Assembly (NCBI GenBank): GCA_002398875.1
Contig: DHCC01000026.1
Span: 13,074 to 77,073 of the forward strand
DNA: 64,000 nt
Origin: Bacteroidales bacterium UBA4912
GTDB taxonomy: Bacteria; Bacteroidota; Bacteroidia; Bacteroidales; Dysgonomonadaceae
Direction: 5' to 3'
Below, piece after piece: positions 58,757 to 64,000 of the stretch. Position 1 is the stretch's first letter, and each line of letters begins with the position of its first letter. Both the position numbers and the translations under genes were made by a program. The notes beneath the pieces are model-generated. The model was not told the DNA's origin, did not search any database, and saw only the letters and a list, made by a program, of their open reading frames with translations.

Positions 58757-59887
58757 TTACATACCATAAACATAAATCTCTGCAACAGCGGTAAACGGCG
58801 CACGATTACTATCAGGTAAATAGATCTTCAAATATCTACCGGCAAAATCCGTTGTAGCCTCAATAGTAAGCTTATTGCCAGATGTGTACACACCTTCACC
58901 TATTTCAACCCAATCTTCTGAATCCGGATCGCTGTTATTACTTACGAATAATTGTACAGTTTTTGTATCTGTACTACCAGAGCGACGATATACATCGAAA
59001 TAAGCAATTTGTTTTGGAGACTCCATATCAATAATTGCCCAGTGAGGGAGTGGTATATCAGGTCCCCATTGAGAATGCCAGTATGTTCCTAAATTACCAT
59101 CAATCAAAGTTGCAACTCCACCACCATCGCTTGGCTTATCATCAGAAAAATCAGCAATGGACCAATTAGACCTATCATACAAGAACGTTGCAGGGAAAGG
59201 ATCAATATAGTCAACCCAATCAGTATAAAATGTATCAACTGACTCCCTTTCAGGAATGTATAGTGATCTGTATTCCAGAATAGTATTCGATGCAGGTCTA
59301 GGTGTTAATACAGTAGTAAATATTGAGTCAGGCACTCGTTTTACAGAAAACTCACCATCTGATCGTTCATATCTAACTTCATTATAAATTAAGCCCTCAG
59401 GAGCCGAAAACCATTCTATTATTCCTGATTTATCAGTCAAGTCCACATTCTTAATTCTTCTATCTATTAATGATGAAGCATAGAAATCGCCATAAGACGA
59501 TCCAAAATCTGTAACTTTAAGAGATTTATGTCCAAAATTATCAATAGAATAAATATCAAAAGTATAAGATTTTTCCGGCATATCCGGAATCATTATTTCA
59601 ATGCTGTCCATACCTGTATTAAAAGATACAGGAACGGAAATTGAGTCACTACCGTTATTCCATAGTATATTTAAATTTTTGACATTAACGCCATTATACA
59701 TCCAGCCTCTGAATAAAATCCTGTTTTTCCCTGCTATAAAAGATACAGAATCGGGCTTCTGAGAATAAATAATTTCTCCGTCTTCTATATACTTTTTGTG
59801 GATATCCATAAAATCCTCACATGAATATAATACCACAAACGATATTATTATTAGTATAAGTCTATTAATTATTTTCATAATTTTCAA
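58757..59887 (-). CDS. PUL-associated lipoprotein, DUF4998-like N-terminus plus C-terminal discoidin (F5/8 type C) domain
   Basis: Lipoprotein signal ...VVLYSC. N-terminal ...YIEDGEIIYSQKPDS pattern. C-terminal ...LIDGNLGTYWHSQW...AVAEIYVYG is typical of discoidin domains. Confidence 0.6.
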   Translation of the reverse strand: MKIMKIINRLILIIISFVVLYSCEDFMDIHKKYIEDGEIIYSQKPDSVSFIAGKNRILFRGWMYNGVNVKNLNILWNNGSDSISVPVSFNTGMDSIEIMIPDMPEKSYTFDIYSIDNFGHKSLKVTDFGSSYGDFYASSLIDRRIKNVDLTDKSGIIEWFSAPEGLIYNEVRYERSDGEFSVKRVPDSIFTTVLTPRPASNTILEYRSLYIPERESVDTFYTDWVDYIDPFPATFLYDRSNWSIADFSDDKPSDGGGVATLIDGNLGTYWHSQWGPDIPLPHWAIIDMESPKQIAYFDVYRRSGSTDTKTVQLFVSNNSDPDSEDWVEIGEGVYTSGNKLTIEATTDFAGRYLKIYLPDSNRAPFTAVAEIYVYGM

Positions 59888-59897
59888 TCATAAAATA

Positions 59898-61076
59898 TTA
59901 TTGTACTACTTCACCATAAACATCCACTTCTGCAGGATGTGTAAAAGTTGTTCCTCCCCATGTGCTATGAATTACTATACGAATATATCGCAATGGTTCT
60001 TGTGTTAACTCAAATATAAACTCATGTCCGCTTTCGGCAGTTGCCATATCTTCGTCTGTCATAGTTCCAATTGGTAAGTTTGATGGTTTAATAATTTCGC
60101 CGTCCATTATTTTAGTCCATTCGCTCCAATCACCATTTTGTGATGGCTTGGTAACCTTACCATATATACTTATTTTCTTTGGGTTACCCCAATTGTAGTA
60201 TTGATCACTGAAATAACGTTGAAATAATACAACACGACTTATTTTTGCCACAGCTCCCAGATCTATAGTAAATGGAGCCGGTAGAGATGAGTTTGGTGAA
60301 TGACCGAAAGTCTCAAAATTATCATCAATAAGATATGAATCCATTCCTTCCCAGTTTGTATAGTTTTGATCATTACCAAGTTTCATAACATTCATAATAG
60401 ATTTATCAAGTTTCTCTTCATACATTGGCAATATAGAACCTCCCTCAGGAAAAATTGTATCTGATTTATTATCCCAAAAATCTCTGATAATTACGCCAAA
60501 AACACGAGGTTCCGGCTCAAAACCTCTAATACTTTGACGAGCACTATCTGCTTCTGAAGTTATAATACGCATAGTTTGTAATTTTCCCAAAGAATCCTGA
60601 GCTAAAAACTCTAACGTAAGAGGTGCTCTGAGTTCATTTACCCAGTTAAACTGAGCCCCTCCAAAATCACTAATGATATTTACTGATTTTACAACTTTAC
60701 TTAAAGCAGATTCTAAAGGTTTAATTGATATTTTAACAGGATCGGAAAGCTCCTGAGCTCGGTTATAAGTATACAATTCGACTTCATGGGTAATTGTATC
60801 GTTAAATCCCAGTATCTCCAACTTATTATCATAATAAGATGACGATGCCTCATAAGTAACTCCGGTACTTAAAGTATATATTCCTTTCACTCCTAATATA
60901 TCTTCCATATTAGGTATTTTGTATGAAACTATAGCGCCTCCTGCAACAGATTCAATATTGATATCTGTAACAGGTTGGGGCTTGCCCAGACTTGCAGTTA
61001 TTGGTACATGCTGTTTTTCGTCACATGAAACAAAAACTATCAAAAGGACTAGTATTAATTCAATATATTTCTTCAT
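59898..61076 (-). CDS. PUL-associated lipoprotein (DUF4959/DUF5000-like) with a C-terminal discoidin-like domain
   Basis: Lipoprotein signal MKKYIELILVLLIVFVSC. Ig-like N-terminal repeats. C-terminal ...LIDDNFETFGHS...PAEVDVYG. The track start at 61103 is GTG and the ATG is at 61076. Confidence 0.55.
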   Translation of the reverse strand: MKKYIELILVLLIVFVSCDEKQHVPITASLGKPQPVTDINIESVAGGAIVSYKIPNMEDILGVKGIYTLSTGVTYEASSSYYDNKLEILGFNDTITHEVELYTYNRAQELSDPVKISIKPLESALSKVVKSVNIISDFGGAQFNWVNELRAPLTLEFLAQDSLGKLQTMRIITSEADSARQSIRGFEPEPRVFGVIIRDFWDNKSDTIFPEGGSILPMYEEKLDKSIMNVMKLGNDQNYTNWEGMDSYLIDDNFETFGHSPNSSLPAPFTIDLGAVAKISRVVLFQRYFSDQYYNWGNPKKISIYGKVTKPSQNGDWSEWTKIMDGEIIKPSNLPIGTMTDEDMATAESGHEFIFELTQEPLRYIRIVIHSTWGGTTFTHPAEVDVYGEVVQ

Positions 61077-61096
61077 AATATTTTTATTATAAAAAT

Positions 61097-63016
61097 TTAC
61101 CACCCTGGGTTTTGTATTAATTGAGGATTTCTGGTAATGTCTGCGTCAGGTATTGGTGCAAAATAATCTCTAAATGTGAAATTTTGTGTATATATTGTAG
61201 TCACCATATAATACTCCTCTAGTTCAGATGCATTAACGTTCCATCCTTGTATAAGTCGGTTTTGCTCACTCAAAGCGGTTTTCCATCTATGGCTGTCCCA
61301 ATAATAAACTCCTTCACAAGCAAACTCAATGTTTCGTTCTTGACGAATAATATCTCTCATACCAGCTTTGGTTTTTGGTTTATCTGGCTGATTAGAATAC
61401 TTTTCCCAACTTTCAACAACCCCTTCAAGTCCGGCACGATTACGTATCATATCTACATATTGGTAAACTTCGGCATCCGGCACATCTTTAGTTTCATTCA
61501 GTGCTTCAGCATAGAATAAAAGAAGATCAGCAAAACGCATATCCGGAAAAGGGTAGGTCTCTGTTGTTACACTATTGGGATCTCTAAACATAGTGTTTAT
61601 TGACACCAGTTTTTTTGGCCAGTAACCAGTTGCATTGTAATCTTCAGGATTGAAAACTGATGAAAATTCCCCAAACCTATTTCTTGGATACAGCGCATCA
61701 GCATCATTATCCGGATAATTTCTATAGGAGTTTCCGTACCATTTACCTCTGTCAAAGCCTAAAGTAGAATAAAATCTTGGCTCGCGATCAAAATTGAGAA
61801 CCGCAGTTTGTTCGCCTTTCTGTATATAATATTTATGTTCTTCGTCTCCTACTCTTAAGTTATATCTTGTTGAATAAGGATAATTAATATCTTCATCAAT
61901 TGGTACCCCATTACTAGAATAAAAAACTTCTACTGTACTAAACGGGACACTCAGTCTGCCTGAAGATGATGACGAAGTTCCTTGTTCTAAACGAGGTAAA
62001 GCAGGGCTTTGTAATCCCCAGTTAACAGGATAAGATGAATTGCCCCAGACAATTTCCTTGTTCCAGCGTTCAGTTACTGCACTTCTTAATGTATTGATCA
62101 AAAGCGTAGTGTCTGATTGTGATTTAGTTGCAACAAAATCAGTAGTTTGATATAGTCTTATTCCTGCAGAAGTACATACGTCGATAGCTTCCTTACAAGC
62201 CTCTGCAGCATCTACCCATCTTTGTGGATTATAAGTTTGATTAAAAAAAGGTTCACCTTCATGGTTAAGAAAGCTGTTATAATCTGAATTACCATTAAAC
62301 AACGGGCTTGCCCAGTAAGTTAAAATTTTTGCTTTCAACATATATGCAGCCGGATTAGTAAAACGACCCAGTTCTGTTGTTCTGTTTTCTATGACATTTG
62401 GTAAAGCACCACTGGCTATAACTTCATCAATCAACTCTAAAGTATATGCAAAACAATCATCTATTTTCTCTCTGAAAACTCTGATGCCAATTGTTGATTC
62501 GTTAATAGGAGTGTTTTCTTTTAATGGAGCAATAGGTCCATAATATGAAATAAGATAAAAATGCATATAAGCTTTAATCAATGTGACCTCAGCTTTCATT
62601 CTCTCTTTCTCAAACTTGTTCAAGTCCTGAACTCTGTCAACATTTTCAAGAAAAGTATTACATTCTCTGATTCCGGCGTATAGTGAGCGAATCATTGTAC
62701 CGGTACCACCCCAATAGTTGATCAGTGCTGATGTAGGATTATCCTCACCTAATCCAAATTTCATACCTCCGCTTCCCCGACCTTCTTTGTTAAATACCAT
62801 TTCAAGTGCTCCAAAGATCGCTGGGTTTTCGTTCCATCCAGCTGATTTTGGCATTCCCCAATAGCATGTCGCAAGATATTTTTCTGTAGTGTACCTGTCA
62901 GAAAATGCATTATCAATAGTTGCTACGTTATCAGGTACGACATCCAGAAAATCACATGAAATTAAAGCTATTGAAGCTATACAGCAAATTATATATTTAT
63001 AAATATTATTTGTCAT
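61097..63016 (-). CDS. susD: RagB/SusD family nutrient-uptake outer membrane lipoprotein
   Basis: Lipoprotein signal ...IALISCDFLDVVPDN. TPR-like helical core. C-terminus ...RNPQLIQNPGW is typical of SusD-like proteins. Lies directly downstream of a SusC-like gene. Confidence 0.85.
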   Translation of the reverse strand: MTNNIYKYIICCIASIALISCDFLDVVPDNVATIDNAFSDRYTTEKYLATCYWGMPKSAGWNENPAIFGALEMVFNKEGRGSGGMKFGLGEDNPTSALINYWGGTGTMIRSLYAGIRECNTFLENVDRVQDLNKFEKERMKAEVTLIKAYMHFYLISYYGPIAPLKENTPINESTIGIRVFREKIDDCFAYTLELIDEVIASGALPNVIENRTTELGRFTNPAAYMLKAKILTYWASPLFNGNSDYNSFLNHEGEPFFNQTYNPQRWVDAAEACKEAIDVCTSAGIRLYQTTDFVATKSQSDTTLLINTLRSAVTERWNKEIVWGNSSYPVNWGLQSPALPRLEQGTSSSSSGRLSVPFSTVEVFYSSNGVPIDEDINYPYSTRYNLRVGDEEHKYYIQKGEQTAVLNFDREPRFYSTLGFDRGKWYGNSYRNYPDNDADALYPRNRFGEFSSVFNPEDYNATGYWPKKLVSINTMFRDPNSVTTETYPFPDMRFADLLLFYAEALNETKDVPDAEVYQYVDMIRNRAGLEGVVESWEKYSNQPDKPKTKAGMRDIIRQERNIEFACEGVYYWDSHRWKTALSEQNRLIQGWNVNASELEEYYMVTTIYTQNFTFRDYFAPIPDADITRNPQLIQNPGW

Positions 63017-63028
63017 GACGTACTTATA

Positions 63029-64000
63029 TTAAAATCCAATATTTAAACCTACATTAATAACCCGTTGAATGGGATATCCAAGTCCGTTTCCTGCCATTTC
63101 CGGATCCCATAATTTAAATTTACTCCAAGAGAATAAATTAGTTCCACTTACATAAAATCTTAAACTAGACATTTTCAATCTCTTATTTATGTGATCAGGA
63201 AAAGTATATCCCAGCTCCACAGATTTCAGACGTAAGAAAGATGCATCCTGCATAAACCAAGTACTGGTTTGATTATTATTTTCAATACTATAATTGGCAA
63301 GACGTGGCCAAAAAGCATAAGGATCTCTGTTTGTTTCTGACCAGTAACTATCGGCATAAGCCTTAAGAATGGCATTTTGTCCGAGCCTTCCATCTTTGTC
63401 ATCAGAATCCAGAAATGGTGTTGTACGATAAAGATCTAACCAGAATGATTGGCGGGCTGAACCCTGAAAGAAAAATGAGGCATCGATGTTTTTATGTCCT
63501 ACAGTTAAACCAAAACCATAATTAATTTCAGGAACTGTTGGGAAGCCAATAGGAACTTTATCTAGTTCAGATATTTTCCCATCATTATTTATATCTCTAT
63601 ATTTTATATCACCGGCCATATAATTTCCAAACTGAGTAGGTGAATTTGCAACTTCATATTCATCAATAAAAAGGCGCTCAGCAATATATCCCCAATTTTG
63701 AGCCAAAGATTGTCCCACTTTTGAGCTCCATGGTGTATCACTATAGTCTGGCTCTTCCCATTTGGTCGCCTTACTTGTTGCATAAGTGAAAGTACCTCTT
63801 CCGACAAACCAAAGATCCGGATTAACAATTTTCTCATAATTCATTTCAATATCAATCCCCTGACCTTCAGCCTCACCTAAATTTGCTTTAACAGCAGGAA
63901 TTACACCCATTGTATTTGGTATAACCCTATCCAGCAAAATGTTTTTACGTCTTTCTTTAAATAAATCAACATTGGCAGAAAGACCCATGACAGTATTCAT
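63029..64000 (-). CDS. susC: SusC/RagA family TonB-linked outer membrane protein, C-terminal part (the gene continues beyond the window)
   Basis: Open to the window edge. Beta-barrel strand pattern with a C-terminal ...VINVGLNIGF ending in Phe. Immediately upstream of susD. Confidence 0.85.
   Translation of the reverse strand: MNTVMGLSANVDLFKERRKNILLDRVIPNTMGVIPAVKANLGEAEGQGIDIEMNYEKIVNPDLWFVGRGTFTYATSKATKWEEPDYSDTPWSSKVGQSLAQNWGYIAERLFIDEYEVANSPTQFGNYMAGDIKYRDINNDGKISELDKVPIGFPTVPEINYGFGLTVGHKNIDASFFFQGSARQSFWLDLYRTTPFLDSDDKDGRLGQNAILKAYADSYWSETNRDPYAFWPRLANYSIENNNQTSTWFMQDASFLRLKSVELGYTFPDHINKRLKMSSLRFYVSGTNLFSWSKFKLWDPEMAGNGLGYPIQRVINVGLNIGF

Noticed and set aside
1-64000. CRISPR arrays, rRNA or tRNA genes, IS elements and prophage genes.
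   Set aside because: I noticed no regularly spaced direct repeats of 25-40 bp, no GC-rich structured-RNA-like islands in the intergenic regions, and no transposase or phage-like ORFs in the track. The scan was visual only, so tRNAscan or Infernal should confirm it.

Overview
This is a low-GC, densely coding chromosomal segment that looks Bacteroidota, probably Bacteroidales. The taxon call rests on a SusC/SusD locus, an S46 peptidase, a Rho with a long N-terminal insertion, and TAnnTTTG-type -7 promoter boxes. I count about 53 protein genes. By eye I saw no rRNA, tRNA, CRISPR array, transposase or phage genes.

Most content is core housekeeping:
- Envelope and translation: PBP4, an FKBP isomerase, GlyRS, a MOP-family flippase.
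- Peptidases and carbon metabolism: S46 and C69 peptidases, phosphohexomutase plus methylglyoxal synthase.
- Regulation and replication: an FtsB-like protein, an NtrC-like regulator with a hybrid histidine kinase, XerD, DnaN with a DEDDh exonuclease, TruA, Rho.
- Acyl-CoA metabolism: EtfBA with a long acyl-CoA dehydrogenase, an ECF sigma factor, an SMR exporter, an acyl-CoA carboxylase operon (biotin carboxylase, BCCP, carboxyltransferase).
- Repair and miscellaneous: SbcCD, a FtsX/LolE-like permease, an aminotransferase, queC-queF.
- Phosphate: a complete pstSCAB-phoU-phoBR cluster, followed by Nfo.
- Glycan use: GH20 hexosaminidase with CutC, a GH5 enzyme, and a SusC/SusD PUL with discoidin-domain lipoproteins that runs off the right edge.

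I do not see a clear new multi-gene system such as a defence island, secretion system or biosynthetic cluster. The items most worth a second look are:
1. A phosphorelay whose NtrC-type regulator appears to have a degenerate AAA+ core without a GAFTGA loop.
2. A preQ1-I-like pseudoknot leader just upstream of queC.
3. A roughly 0.9 kb ORF-free spacer between convergent genes.
4. Two intergenic arrays of 11-bp-phased repeats.
5. A GH16-like lipoprotein that seems to lack the nucleophile Glu.
6. A small AT-flanked islet of two genes of unknown function.

All family assignments come from motif recognition by eye, not from database searches.
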